Below, piece by piece: positions 21,152 through 31,999 of a DNA stretch of 64,000 bases. The stretch comes from an uncultured Gemmatimonadaceae bacterium. GTDB taxonomy: Bacteria; Gemmatimonadota; Gemmatimonadetes; Gemmatimonadales; Gemmatimonadaceae. The position numbers were made by a program, and so were the translations under genes. How positions within the stretch are numbered: the stretch's first letter is position 1; each line of letters opens with the position of its first letter. The notes beneath the pieces are model-generated. The model was given only the letters and a program-made list of their open reading frames with translations. It had not been told where the DNA came from and ran no database searches. The DNA lies in assembly GCA_963751275.1 (NCBI GenBank), contig CAVVTZ010000007.1:608001-672000 (forward strand), given 5' to 3'.

Positions 21152-22341
21152 AGGCGCCGACCGCGAAGCTCGGTCGCAACATCTTCGCCATCTCGGCCGT
21201 GAGTTTCCTCACCGACGTGTCGGGCGAGATGATCTATCCGCTCGTGCCACTGTTCCTCACCACCGTGCTGGGCGCGAGCGCGGGCGCGGTGGGGGTGATC
21301 GAAGGGATCGCCGAATCCACCGCGGCGCTGCTCAAGCTCGCGAGCGGCTGGATCTCGGACCACGTCGCGAGGCGGAAACCGCTGGTCGTGTTCGGCTACG
21401 GGCTCGCGGGGTTCGTGCGCCCGCTCATCGGGCTCGCGCAGAGCGTGCCGCAAGTGGCCGCGATCCGGATCACCGACCGGATCGGGAAGGGGATCCGCAC
21501 GTCGCCGCGCGACGCGCTGATCGCGGATTCCGTGGACCCGTCGATCCACGGGCGCGCGTTCGGATTCCACAGCGCGAGCGACAATGCCGGTGCGGTGCTC
21601 GGCCCGCTCATCGGGTTCGCCGCGCTGCATTGGGCGGGCGTGCCGCTGCGCACCGTCTTCTTCCTCGCGGCGATCCCGGCGGTGCTCGCGTTCGTGGTGG
21701 TGGTGGGCGTGGTGCGCGAAGCGCCGCGTGCGAGCGCGAAGGTCGAGCCGCACGAGCGCGGTTCGGGAAAGCTAGGCGGCCGCTTCTGGGCCTATCTCGC
21801 CGTCGTGCTGCTGTTCACGCTGGGGAATTCGACGGATGCGTTCCTGCTGCTGCGTGCGGCGCAGCTCGGTGTGCCCGTCGCGCTGGCGCCGCTGCTCTGG
21901 GCGCTCTTGAACTTCGTGAAGAGCGCGTCGGGCGTGCCCAGCGGCGCGCTCTCCGATCGCATCGGGCGGAAGCCGCTGATCGTGGCGGGCTGGGCGATGT
22001 ACGCCGCTGTGTACCTGCTGTTCGGCCGCGCGACGAGCGCGTGGGAGGCGTGGGCGCTCTTCGCGCTCTATGGCATTTACTTCGGGCTCACCGAGGGCGT
22101 GGAGAAGGCGCTCGTCGCCGATCTCGTGCCGGCCGCGCGGCGCGGCGTGGCGTTCGGCTGGTACAATCTGGCGCTCGGGCTCGGCGCGCTCCCGGCGTCG
22201 ATCATCTTCGGCGTCATCTGGGACCGCGCCGGTTCGCCCGCGGCGTTCGCGTTCGGCGCCGCGATGGCCGGCGCCGCGACGATCGCGATCCTGTTCGTCG
22301 CGCCATCAACTCAACAGCAGCGTCCTCCCACCGTCTCGTAG
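21127..22341 (+). CDS. MFS transporter
   Basis: About 12 hydrophobic segments; GWISD...RKPL, DRIGKGIRTSPRDALIA, GALSDRIGRK; start uncertain. Confidence 0.85.
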   Translation: MGRRPLEVEAPTAKLGRNIFAISAVSFLTDVSGEMIYPLVPLFLTTVLGASAGAVGVIEGIAESTAALLKLASGWISDHVARRKPLVVFGYGLAGFVRPLIGLAQSVPQVAAIRITDRIGKGIRTSPRDALIADSVDPSIHGRAFGFHSASDNAGAVLGPLIGFAALHWAGVPLRTVFFLAAIPAVLAFVVVVGVVREAPRASAKVEPHERGSGKLGGRFWAYLAVVLLFTLGNSTDAFLLLRAAQLGVPVALAPLLWALLNFVKSASGVPSGALSDRIGRKPLIVAGWAMYAAVYLLFGRATSAWEAWALFALYGIYFGLTEGVEKALVADLVPAARRGVAFGWYNLALGLGALPASIIFGVIWDRAGSPAAFAFGAAMAGAATIAILFVAPSTQQQRPPTVS

Positions 22342-22535
22342 CGCGCACGCTGCCGCTCGCGAACGAACTGTTCCTTGGTGAGCATCGGCTCGCCCGGATG
22401 TCTCCGGAGCCGATGCTCCACGTAGGTCTCGTAGTCGGGAACCCCGATCACGCGCCGGACCACCCGGCTGACGCGACGGAAACCGTCGCGCCAACTGAGT
22501 GAGGCCCGCCTGGCGCCTCGGCCTGCTGTCTTCAT
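22311..22535 (-). CDS. YbdD/YjiX (DUF466) family small protein
   Basis: GVPDYETYVEH...HPGEP...F..R...RY..RCC; family is typically linked to cstA. Confidence 0.88.
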   Translation of the reverse strand: MKTAGRGARRASLSWRDGFRRVSRVVRRVIGVPDYETYVEHRLRRHPGEPMLTKEQFVRERQRARYETVGGRCC

Positions 22536-24878
22536 TTGGCCACGCCGATCGTTCTGTCGAAGAACTCCAATATCCGCCGGTACTCATCCATCCACGACGT
22601 GGGCCGCACGAAGCCGTGATCCTCGTTCGGGTACGGCTGCCACTCCCAGCCGGTCTTCTGCTCTTCGATCAGCTTCTGGACCAGCTCGACATCGTCCTGG
22701 AAGTGCACATTGGTGTCGATCATGCCGTGCAGGATGAGCAGCGGACGTTCGAGGCCCTGCGTGAAGAAGATCGGCGACGAGATGCGATAGGCGACGGTGT
22801 CGACATCCGGCTGGCCGAGGATGCGCGACGTGTACCAGTGGTTGTAGTTGTTCCAGTTGCTGACCGAGCGGATGGCCGCGCCGGCGCCGAAATGCTTGGG
22901 CTCGGTGAACATCGCCATGAGCGTCATGAAGCCGCCGTAGCTGCCGCCGTACATGCCCACGCGCATGGGCGGGATGCCGAAGGTCGCCTGCAAGTACTTG
23001 GACGCGTCCACTTCGTCCTGCAGGTCGCGCCCGCCCATGTGGTGCCAGATCGCCACGCGCCAATCGCGCCCGTAGCCCTCGGACGCGCGGTAATCCGCGT
23101 CGAGCACCACATAGCCTTTGCTCGCGAGCAGCTGGTTGAACATGTACTCGCGGAAATACGACGGACCACCAGTTGTTCGACGTTGTGCAGGTAGCCCGCG
23201 CCGTGCACGAAGATCACCGCGGCGCCGTTCGGCTTCGCGCCCATGTCCGCCGGACGGTAGATGCGCGCCGGCACCTTCGCGCCGTCGCTCGCGGGGATCC
23301 ACACGATCTCGGGCGCGAGCCACTTGTGCGACCGCCACTGCGCCGTGGGGCTCGTGGTGAGCTGCGACTCGGCGGCGCCCGGCGCGAACTTCATCAGGTA
23401 CAGCTCGGGCGGCTTGTTCGAGAAGGAGTAGACGTCCGCGATCATCTTCCCGTCGGGGGAGATCTCGGTGTCGTGCTCGCCCACCATGGACGTGATCATC
23501 TCGCGCGCGCCGCCGGCTCCGCCGTTCACCGGCATGCGGTAGAGCTGATGCTCGAACCACGACTTCTCGCTCGTGGTGAGGTAGAACCACTTCCGGTCGT
23601 CGGACATGTCGATGTTCACCACTTCCCACTTGCCGCTGGTGAGCTGCTTGCGGTTGCTGCCGTCGGGCGCGATCGAGTAGAGGTGCGCCCAACCATTGGC
23701 CTCCGAGGCGTACCAGATCGCCTTGCCGCCGTCGATCCAGCCGGCGTTGCCGAATGAGGGGCCGTCCACCCACGTGGTGTCGGTGAGCACGTCCACCGCC
23801 TTCAGCGTGCCGGAGTCCCCGCTCATGGTGTACAGGATCCGCTGGTGCCAGTCGAACGGCACCGCGAGGAGCAGCGCCTGCGTGCCGGCGTCGTTCCAGC
23901 CGATCATGGCCGCGATCGCGGGGGACGCACGGTGTCGGATGGCGTGACTTTCAGCCACTTGGTGTCGCCGGAAGGCAGCGACATGAATGCCACGCGCCCG
24001 CCGTTCTGCACGTCGCCCACCTTCTCGCGGCCGCGGATGTCCTCGGTGTACCCGGTCTTGGTGACGAACTGCGGCACCTCGGTGTTCTTCGCCTTGTCGC
24101 CGGCGGGGATGGTCGTGGTGATCACGGCCGCCTTGCCGCTGGGCGACACGGTGATCGACGTGACGCGCTCATCCTTGCCCAGCCAGAGCGTCTTGGGCCA
24201 GAACGATTCGCGAAGCGTCTTCTCGATCTTGGCGAGCGAGTCCTGCAGCAGCTTGTCGCGCACCACCTGCATCAGGAACTTCTGCTGCGCCTCGAGCGCC
24301 GCGCGCTGTCCCTTCGGCACGTCCGGCTCCTTCGGCTCGGGGCCGCCGCGGATGTCGGTGAGTTGGCGTTGCGCGCCATCCACGAGATCGATGGAGTAGG
24401 CGTTGCCATCGCGCGTGTACGTCACCACGTTCGAGCCCGCATTGAAATGCGGATCGCTCTCACGCGCGAGGGTCTGCGTGAGGCGGCGCACGCGCGCGGT
24501 CTTCTGGTCGACGAGGTAGATGTCGCCGTTCGATTCCACCGCGCGCCATTGCCGGTTCGGCGAGAGTTCGCCGTGCGCGATCGAGGGACCCACCGTGTCC
24601 ATGTGCGCGAGCGTCATGCGCTCGGGCTTCGCGCCGGCCTCGGCCCTCACGCGATACGGATGGTTCGGCTCGCGCCAGTCGGTGCCCGGCTCGACCCACC
24701 AGAAGTAGATCCACTTCCCATTGGCGGTCCAACGCGGCCGCTCGGGCGGCCGGCCCACCACTTCGGTGCCGCGCATGATGCTGGGCACGGTGAGCGGGAA
24801 CGAATCCGCGGATTGCTGCGCCGCCGCGGAGACGGCGGCGAACAGGACGAGCATCGGAGCGGCGAGTCGGATCTTCAT
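22532..24878 (-). CDS. Secreted S9 prolyl oligopeptidase / dipeptidyl peptidase IV family (frameshifts near 23920 and 23170)
   Basis: Signal peptide MKIRLAAPMLVLFAAVSAAAQ; FVHGAGY, GGSYGG, HGMIDTNV, EDHGF. Confidence 0.88.
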
Positions 24879-24928
24879 GGTGAGTCGGATCGGGTGGAGG
24901 GACGCATTCGGATGTCGTGTTACTACGC

Positions 24929-26969
24929 TCACTCGTTCACGAACGCTGTGCGCGGCTGGAAGGGGATCTCGGTATCGACCACCGGGCGCCGGTGCTGGTA
25001 CGCGCGATACCAATCGCGCATTGAATAACCGAGAATGAGAACGAACGACGCCATGAAGAACGCGGCGACCGCGCTGTCGAGGTAATCGTTGAAGATGAGG
25101 CGCGCGGTGCTGCCGGTATGCGCCGCGGCCGCGGTCTGCGCTGCGTGGGCGAGGAAGCCCAGCCGCGGGTCGGACGAGAAGATCTTCTCCGCGCCAGCTG
25201 TGAGCGTGACCAGCGCGAGCCACGCGAGCGGCAGCCCGGTGACCCACGCGTACTTCCCCTTGCCACGATTGATGATCACAGTGGTGCCCACGCACAGCGC
25301 GACCGCGGCGAGCAGTTGGTTGGAGATCCCGAAGAGCGGCCAGAGCGAGTTGATCCCGCCAAGCGGATCGAGCACGCCCTGGTACAGGAAGTGCCCCCAC
25401 ATCGCGACGAAGATCGCGCTCGAGAGGATCACCGCGGGATACCACTGCGCGCGGCCGAAGGGTTCCCACGCATGGCGGCCCAGGTCCTGCAGCATGAAGC
25501 GGCCGACGCGCGTGCCGGCGTCGAGGGTCGTGAGGATGAACAGCGCCTCGAACATGATCGCGAAGTGGTACCAGAGCGCCAGCGTGCCGGCGCCGCCGAG
25601 CGCCTTCGCGAAGAGCGCGGCCATGCCGACGGCGAGGCTCGGCGCGCCGCCGGTGCGCGAGAGCAGCGACACCTCCTGCACCTGCGCCGTGAGCGCGCGG
25701 AATTGTTCCGGCTCGAAGGTGAATCCCCACGCGGCGATCGCGTGGGCGGCGCTCTCCGGCGTCGTGCCGAGCAGCGCGGCCGGCGCGTTGATCGCGAAGT
25801 ACGTGCCCGGCGTCAGCGAGCAGGCGGCGATGAGCGCCATCACCGCCACCATCGATTCCATCAGCATGCCGCCGTAGCCGACGAAGCGCGCGTCCGTTTC
25901 GCGGTCGATCATCTTGGGCGTCGTGCCCGACGCGATGAGCGCGTGCAAGCCGGAGATCGCGCCGCACGCGATCGTGATGAAGGCGAAGGGGAAGAGCTTC
26001 CCGGCGAAGATCGGCCCCGTACCGTCGATGAACCGCGTGAGCGCCGGCATCTGCAGCGGCGGCAGCGCCACGACGATCCCAACCGCGAGCCCCAGCACCA
26101 CGCCGATCTTCACGATCGCCGACAGGTAGTCGCGCGGCGCGAGCAGCAGCCACACCGGCACCACGCTCGCGACGAAGCCGTATGCCATGATGAGCAGCGC
26201 GATCGCGGTGCCGCTCAGCGTGAAGGCCGGCGCCAGATCGGGGCGCTCCGCCACCCAGCGGCCCGCGAACAGCGCCGCGGCGAGCAGCACGATCCCGATC
26301 GCGGTGGCCTCGAGCACCCGGCCCGGGCCGGAACCAGCGCAGATACACACCCATGAACATCGCGATCGGGATGGTCAGTCCGATCGTCACCAGCCCCCAC
26401 GGGCTCTGCTTGAGCGCGTTCACCACCACGAGCCCCAGCACGGACATGAGCACGATCATGATGCCGAGCAGCGAGACGAGCGCGGTGAAGCCGGGCACCG
26501 GCCCGATCTCATCCTTCACCATCTGGCCGAGCGACTTTCCGTCGCGGCGCATGCTCGCGCAGAGGATCACGAAGTCCTGCACCGCGCCGCCCAGCGCGAC
26601 GCCCACGATGATCCAGAGCGCGCCCGGGAGGAATCCGAATTGCGCGGCCAGCGTCGGGCCCACGAGCGGGCCCGGGCCCGCGATCGCGGCGAAGTGGTGG
26701 CCGAAGACGATCCATTTGTTCGTGGGCACGAAATCCCGGCCGTCATCGAGGCGGACGGCGGGCGTCGCCCGCGTCGCGTCGAGCGCGAACACCTTCGCGG
26801 CGATGAACTTCGAGTAGAACCGGTAGGCGACGGCGTAGGTGCAGACCGCGGCCGTGACGAGCCACGCCGCGTTCACGGGCTCGTCGTGCGCGAGCGCGAT
26901 CCAGGCGAACGCGAGGGCGCCGAGCGCGGCGATGATGATCCAGACGAGCACACCCGCGAGACGGCGCAT
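24929..26969 (-). CDS. cstA: Carbon starvation protein A family transporter (frameshift near 26340)
   Basis: FGHHFAAIAGPGPLVGP, PVWLLLAPRDYLS, SGTTPKM, LWPLFGISNQLLA. Confidence 0.93.
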
Positions 26970-27072
26970 GGCGCGAAGATGCCGGTCGGCCGCGGCGGTG
27001 ACAAGTACGCGCTCCGACTAGTCTCTCCTATGGCGCGCCACTAGCTTTCCTCCAACCTCCCAGGACGGGATC

Positions 27073-27756
27073 GTGAAGACACCACTGCTCTCCCTCGCCG
27101 CGCTCCCGGCGCTCGCGCTCCTCGCGGGCGTGAGCGCGGCGCGCGCGCAGTCCATGAGCGCACAGGATTCCGAAGCCGTGATCGCCGCCGGCGAGCACGC
27201 GCCCCTCGCGCCGATGGCGGGACGCAAGCTGGTGGTCGTGCCCACGGCGTATCTGCTCGAGGCCGATCCGATGGGCTGGGCGATCCAGATCCCGGATGAG
27301 AAGCAGTACCTCGCCGACTTCGACGCGGAGCTCGCCTTCGCCCTCGCCGATCGCGGGCTCAAGAACGTCTGGGTCATGTACGACAAGCTGCCGCGCGAGT
27401 ACAAGCGCAACCCGGATTACATGGCCGACCCGTACCACCTCTCCGCCGATTTCCTGCGCTATCCGGGCCCCAAGAAGGCCATTCCGTACATGCCCGATCC
27501 GCTGGCGTCGCAGCTCCGCTCGATCACGGCCATGAACGACAAGTCCGAGTTCATCCTGTTCCCGATCGAGATCCGGTTCATCCCCGCGGAGAACGGCAAG
27601 GGCGGACGCGCGGCGCTCCGCGCGGCGGTCATCGATCCGCGCCGCCTCACCACTCTCTGGATGGCCGACGTCTACAGCGACGACGAGGAGAAGTTCACGC
27701 CCGCGCTGCTGACCAGCCTCGCCGAGCATCTCGCGAACCTTTTCGCGAAGCCCTGA
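27073..27756 (+). CDS. Secreted hypothetical protein
   Basis: Signal peptide ending ARA-Q; host-like codon usage; AGGA upstream. Confidence 0.65.
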   Translation: MKTPLLSLAALPALALLAGVSAARAQSMSAQDSEAVIAAGEHAPLAPMAGRKLVVVPTAYLLEADPMGWAIQIPDEKQYLADFDAELAFALADRGLKNVWVMYDKLPREYKRNPDYMADPYHLSADFLRYPGPKKAIPYMPDPLASQLRSITAMNDKSEFILFPIEIRFIPAENGKGGRAALRAAVIDPRRLTTLWMADVYSDDEEKFTPALLTSLAEHLANLFAKP

Positions 27757-27773
27757 GCCTCCCACACGGTAGC

Positions 27774-28793
27774 ATGCCGAAGAAGACTCCCGTCACACTG
27801 ATCCCCGGCGACGGGATCGGCCCCGAGATCACCGAAGCCACCGTCCGCGTCCTCGCCGCCGCGGGCGCGTCGCTCGACTGGGACCGCCAGCTCGGCGGCG
27901 TCGCGGCCGTGAACGCGGTCGGCACGCCGATCCCCGACGCGACGCTCGCGTCGATCGCGCGCACGCGCCTCGCGCTCAAGGGCCCGCTCGAGACCCCGGT
28001 GGGCAAGGGCTTCCGCAGCGTGAACGTCGCGATCCGGCGGGAATTCGACCTCTACGCGAACGTGCGTCCTGCGCACACGATCGTCCCGGGCCGTTTCGAC
28101 GGGATCGACATCGTGCTCGTGCGCGAGAACACGGAGGGCCTCTACAGTGGCGTGGAGCATTTCGTGCGCGTCGGCGACGACGAGCAGGCGGTGGCCGAGT
28201 CGGCCGCGATCATCACGCGGCTCGGCTCGGAGCGCATCGTGCGCTACGCGTTCGAGTACGCGGTGCGCCACGGCCGCAAGAACGTGACGCTCGTGCACAA
28301 GGCGAACATCCTCAAGCTCTCGCAGGGCCTCTTCCTCGAGAGCGGGCGCAAGATCGCGAAGGAATACGAGGGGCGCGTGACGTGCGACGAGCGGATCATC
28401 GATGCCACGGCGATGCATCTCGTGCTGCATCCCGAGAAGTTCGATGTGATCGTGACGACGAACCTCTTCGGCGACATCCTCTCGGACCTCATCTCGGGGC
28501 TCGTCGGCGGGCTGGGGCTGTCGCCCGGCGCCAATATCGGCGTGAACGCGGCGGTGTTCGAGGCGGTGCACGGAACCGCGCCCGACATCGCGGGGAAGAA
28601 CGTCGCGAACCCCGGCGCGCTGCTCATGGCGGCGTGCCTGCTGCTCGAGCACATTGGCGACGGCGCGCGCGCCAAGCGCATCGTGGATGCCTTCGAGGCG
28701 GTGATCCGCGAGAAGACGCATGCCACGCGCGACCTCGGCGGCACCGCCGGCACCTCGCAGTTCGCGGACGCCATCATCGCGCGCCTCGGGTGA
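27774..28793 (+). CDS. Isocitrate/isopropylmalate dehydrogenase family (NAD-dependent IDH-like)
   Basis: IPGDGIGPEI, RENTEGLY, VHKANI, NLFGDILSDL, FEAVHGTAPDIAG. Confidence 0.92.
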   Translation: MPKKTPVTLIPGDGIGPEITEATVRVLAAAGASLDWDRQLGGVAAVNAVGTPIPDATLASIARTRLALKGPLETPVGKGFRSVNVAIRREFDLYANVRPAHTIVPGRFDGIDIVLVRENTEGLYSGVEHFVRVGDDEQAVAESAAIITRLGSERIVRYAFEYAVRHGRKNVTLVHKANILKLSQGLFLESGRKIAKEYEGRVTCDERIIDATAMHLVLHPEKFDVIVTTNLFGDILSDLISGLVGGLGLSPGANIGVNAAVFEAVHGTAPDIAGKNVANPGALLMAACLLLEHIGDGARAKRIVDAFEAVIREKTHATRDLGGTAGTSQFADAIIARLG

Positions 28794-29611
28794 CCTCCGT
28801 CCTGCACGTCTCCGATCTGCATTTCGGGAAGCCGAGCGTCCCGGAGCGGGTCGAGGCGATCGAGCAGCTGATCCGCGCGGAGCGCTTCGACGTGGTGGCC
28901 GTGAGCGGCGACATCAGCCAGCGCGCGCGCGCGAAGGAACTGCGCCGCGGGCGCGTGTTCCTCGATGACGCGGCGAAGGTGTCGGAGACCATCGTCGTGC
29001 CCGGCAATCATGATGTGAAGTGGTGGCGCGACCCGGTGGGGCTCGGCTCGCGCACATTGTCGTTCGCGGCGTACCGGCAATTCGTCGCGGCGGATCTCGA
29101 GCCGGTGCTGCAGGTGCCCGGCGCGACGTTCGTGGGCCTCAACACGGCGCACGGCGTGCAGCCGCACACGCTCACCTGGAACCCGCGCGACATTGGCGTG
29201 GTGGGCGACCTGCGCGATGACCAGATCGCGCGCGCCCGCGCCGCCTTCGACGCGGCGCCCCGCGGCGATGCGCACGCGATCGTGATGCACCACAACCTCG
29301 TGAAGGGCGACCTCTCGCGGCGCCATGGGCTCGCACATACGCGGCGCGCGACGGAGGGGATCGCGGCGTTCCGCGTGGACCTCATTCTCTGCGGCCACGA
29401 CCACCAGGAAGCCGTGCACCTGATCCCGAACGCTGGGAACGGCACCGTGGTCTCCACCGCCGGCACCATCTCGAGCCGCTCCCGCGGCCACCGCCCGAGC
29501 AGCGTGAACGTGATCACCATCGCGCCGGCGGAGATCGTGGTGCACGTGCGCATTCGGGATCCCGCGTCGCGGACTTTTCCCGACGGGCCGGTGCACCGGT
29601 TCGCGCGATAG
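28790..29611 (+). CDS. Calcineurin-like metallophosphoesterase
   Basis: SDLHFG, SGD, PGNHD, MHH and CGHDH motifs; GTGA overlap with the upstream gene. Confidence 0.88.
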   Translation: MTSVLHVSDLHFGKPSVPERVEAIEQLIRAERFDVVAVSGDISQRARAKELRRGRVFLDDAAKVSETIVVPGNHDVKWWRDPVGLGSRTLSFAAYRQFVAADLEPVLQVPGATFVGLNTAHGVQPHTLTWNPRDIGVVGDLRDDQIARARAAFDAAPRGDAHAIVMHHNLVKGDLSRRHGLAHTRRATEGIAAFRVDLILCGHDHQEAVHLIPNAGNGTVVSTAGTISSRSRGHRPSSVNVITIAPAEIVVHVRIRDPASRTFPDGPVHRFAR

Positions 29612-29658
29612 GCCTTGGGGCGTCGCGCTCCGCGACGCTCTGCGGAGATCACGATTTC

Positions 29659-29853
29659 AAGTTTCGACCGGATCAACCGGATGATTCGGATCGCTCGGAT
29701 ACTTCCTCGAGGCGATGGCACTCGTCGTGCAGCGGCGGAGCGGTGCAGTTGTGGTTTACAACAATTCAGGCCCTCGACTCGTCTCGCGGGCACGGAGGCG
29801 CACTCGGGCGTATCCGAATGATCCGAATCATCCGGTTGATCCGGTCGAAACTT
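29659..29853. repeat. Long inverted repeat with 9-bp periodic arms
   Basis: Arms 29659-29702 and 29810-29853 are 42/44 reverse-complementary; CGGAT recurs every 9 nt. Confidence 0.85.
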
Positions 29854-29942
29854 CGACCGTGATGTCAGTCAATCCCCGACGTGCGTGAGGCTCCAAGGAA
29901 CTCGGAGTACCCAACACCACTCGCCCACGGTAACTTTCCCGC

Positions 29943-31122
29943 ATGCAAGATTTCTTCAACATTGACAGCGCTCTCCACGAGGATGAGCGCGCGGTGCGCG
30001 ATTCGGTGCGCGCGTTCGTGGACGAGAAGGTCCTTCCCATCATCGGCAAGTGCTACGTGGAGGGGCGTTTCCCCAAGGAACTGGTCCCGGACGATGGGCG
30101 AACTCGGCGTGCTCGGGCGCCAATCTCCCCGAGGAATACGGCTGCGCCGGGCTCAACAACGTCTCGTACGGCCTGATCATGCAGGAGCTCGAGCGCGGCG
30201 ACTCCGGCATCCGCTCGCTTCGCGAGCGTGCAGGGCGCGCTCGTCATGTATCCGATCTACGCGTTCGGCACCGACGAGCAGAAGAAGGAATGGCTGCCGA
30301 AGATGGCGAGCGGCAAGGTCATCGGCTGCTTCGGTCTCACCGAGCCGGACTTCGGCTCGAATCCCGAGCGGCATGATCACGATGGCCAAGGAGCAGAAGG
30401 ACGGCTCCTGGGTGCTGAACGGCGCCAAGATGTGGATCACGAACGGCAGCCAGGCCCACGTCGCCGTCGTGTGGGCGAAAACGAACGGCGACAAGGACCA
30501 GAAGTCCGATTCGCGGCTTCATCGTCCCGACGAACACGAAAGGCTTCACCGCCAAGGACCAGAAGGGGAAGCTCTCCCTGCGCGCGAGCGACACGAGCGA
30601 GCTCGTGCTGCAGGACGTGCATCTCCCCGCCGACGCGATCCTCCCCAAGAGCGGCGGCCTCAAGAGCCCGCTCATGTGCCTCACGCAGGCGCGCTACGGG
30701 ATTCAGCTGGGGCGTGCTCGGCGCCGCGATGGCCTGCTTCGAAGAGGCGTTCGAGCTATTCGAAGACGCGCGTGATGTTCGGCAAACCGATCGGCGGCTT
30801 CCAGATCCAGCAGGTGCGCCTCGCCGACATGCTCACCGAACTCACGAAGGGACAACTCGTGTGCCTGCACCTGGGCCGCATGAAGGACGCGGGCACGATG
30901 ACGCCGCAGCAGGTGTCGCTCGCCAAGCGCAACAATGTGTCGATGGCGGCGGACATCGCGCGCGAAGCGCGGAGGCTCCTCGGCGCGAACGGCATCCTCG
31001 CGGAATACGCGAGCATGAGGCACATGGCGAATCTGGAATCCGTGTACACATACGAGGGTACGCATGACGTGCACTCCCTCGTGTTGGGACAGGCCATCAC
31101 AGGACTCTCCGCCTTTGAGTGA
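29943..31122 (+). CDS. Acyl-CoA dehydrogenase (glutaryl-CoA dehydrogenase-like), several frameshifts
   Basis: [53 protein letters not shown]. Confidence 0.88.
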
Positions 31123-31126
31123 ACAA

Positions 31127-31234
31127 CCGGGAACCGATTGCCGGGAACCGATGTGGCATGACAATGCATGGAACGAGCGGTCATTCGTTGCCATGCCTCA
31201 CCGGTTCCCGGACGATCGGTTCCCGGCCTTTTTT
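31127..31234. repeat. Long hairpin with 14-bp repeated arms, followed by a T-tract (terminator-like)
   Basis: (CCGGGAACCG)x2 ... (CGGTTCCCGG)x2 with inner GGCATG/CATGCC, then TTTTTT. Confidence 0.7.
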
Positions 31235-31246
31235 GGAGCGTAGCGA

Positions 31247-31999
31247 ATGAAGATCGCGGTGTTGATCAAGCGCGTCCCCGACATGGAATCCAAGTTCCGC
31301 GTCGGATCCGATGGCGTGTCCGTCGACGCGACCGGCCTCAAGTACGATTTCTCCGACTTCGATGGTTATGCCGTCGAAGCCGCATTGCAGATCAACGAGA
31401 AGCAGGGGCCCGGCGAGACGGTCGTGATCTCCCTCGGACCCGACGTCGTGCAGGAGACTCTGCGCAAAGCGATGAGCATGGGCGCCGAGCGCGCGGTGCA
31501 GCTCAAGGCCGACGTCGTGCCCGCCGACGGCTTTGCCATCGCGACGGCGCTCGCCGCCGAGCTCAAGGGCGGCGGCTACGATCTCATTCTCTTCGGGCGG
31601 ATGGCAATGGACACGTCGGCCGGCACGGTCGGCGCGATGACCGCCGAGCTGCTCGGGCTGCCGTGCGTCACCGCGGTGTCAAAGCTCGATGTCGCCGCGG
31701 GGAAGGGCACCGCGCGGCGCGAGCTCGAAGGCGCGGCGGAGATCGTGGAGTTCCCGCTGCCCGCGGTGGTCACGATCGATGAAGGCGTGGCGCGGCCGCG
31801 GTATCCCGCGCTCAAGGGGATCATGGCGGCGAAGAAGAAGCCGCTCGAGGTGAAGCCGGCGCAACTCGGTCCGGTGCATCTCACCGTCACGAAGATGGAA
31901 TTGCCGCCGGAGCGGAAGGCCGGCCGCATCATCGGCGAAGGTCCCGCGGCGGTGCCGGAGCTGATCCGGCTGCTGCGCGACGAAGCGAAGGTGCTCTAA
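31247..31999 (+). CDS. etfB: Electron transfer flavoprotein subunit beta
   Basis: MKIAVLIKRVPD, YAVEAAL, LRKAMSMGA, PRYPALKGIMAAKKK. Confidence 0.93.
   Translation: MKIAVLIKRVPDMESKFRVGSDGVSVDATGLKYDFSDFDGYAVEAALQINEKQGPGETVVISLGPDVVQETLRKAMSMGAERAVQLKADVVPADGFAIATALAAELKGGGYDLILFGRMAMDTSAGTVGAMTAELLGLPCVTAVSKLDVAAGKGTARRELEGAAEIVEFPLPAVVTIDEGVARPRYPALKGIMAAKKKPLEVKPAQLGPVHLTVTKMELPPERKAGRIIGEGPAAVPELIRLLRDEAKVL

Noticed and set aside
22311..22322. Selenocysteine readthrough at the RCC-TGA end of the DUF466 gene
   Set aside because: Both terminal Cys codons are present before the TGA, readthrough would run antisense into the MFS gene, and no SECIS-like hairpin was identified.
23904..26969. 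1021-aa ORF suggesting a CstA-peptidase fusion
   Set aside because: Artefact of a cstA frameshift; cstA ends at 24929 in another frame and the peptidase has its own signal peptide at 24878.
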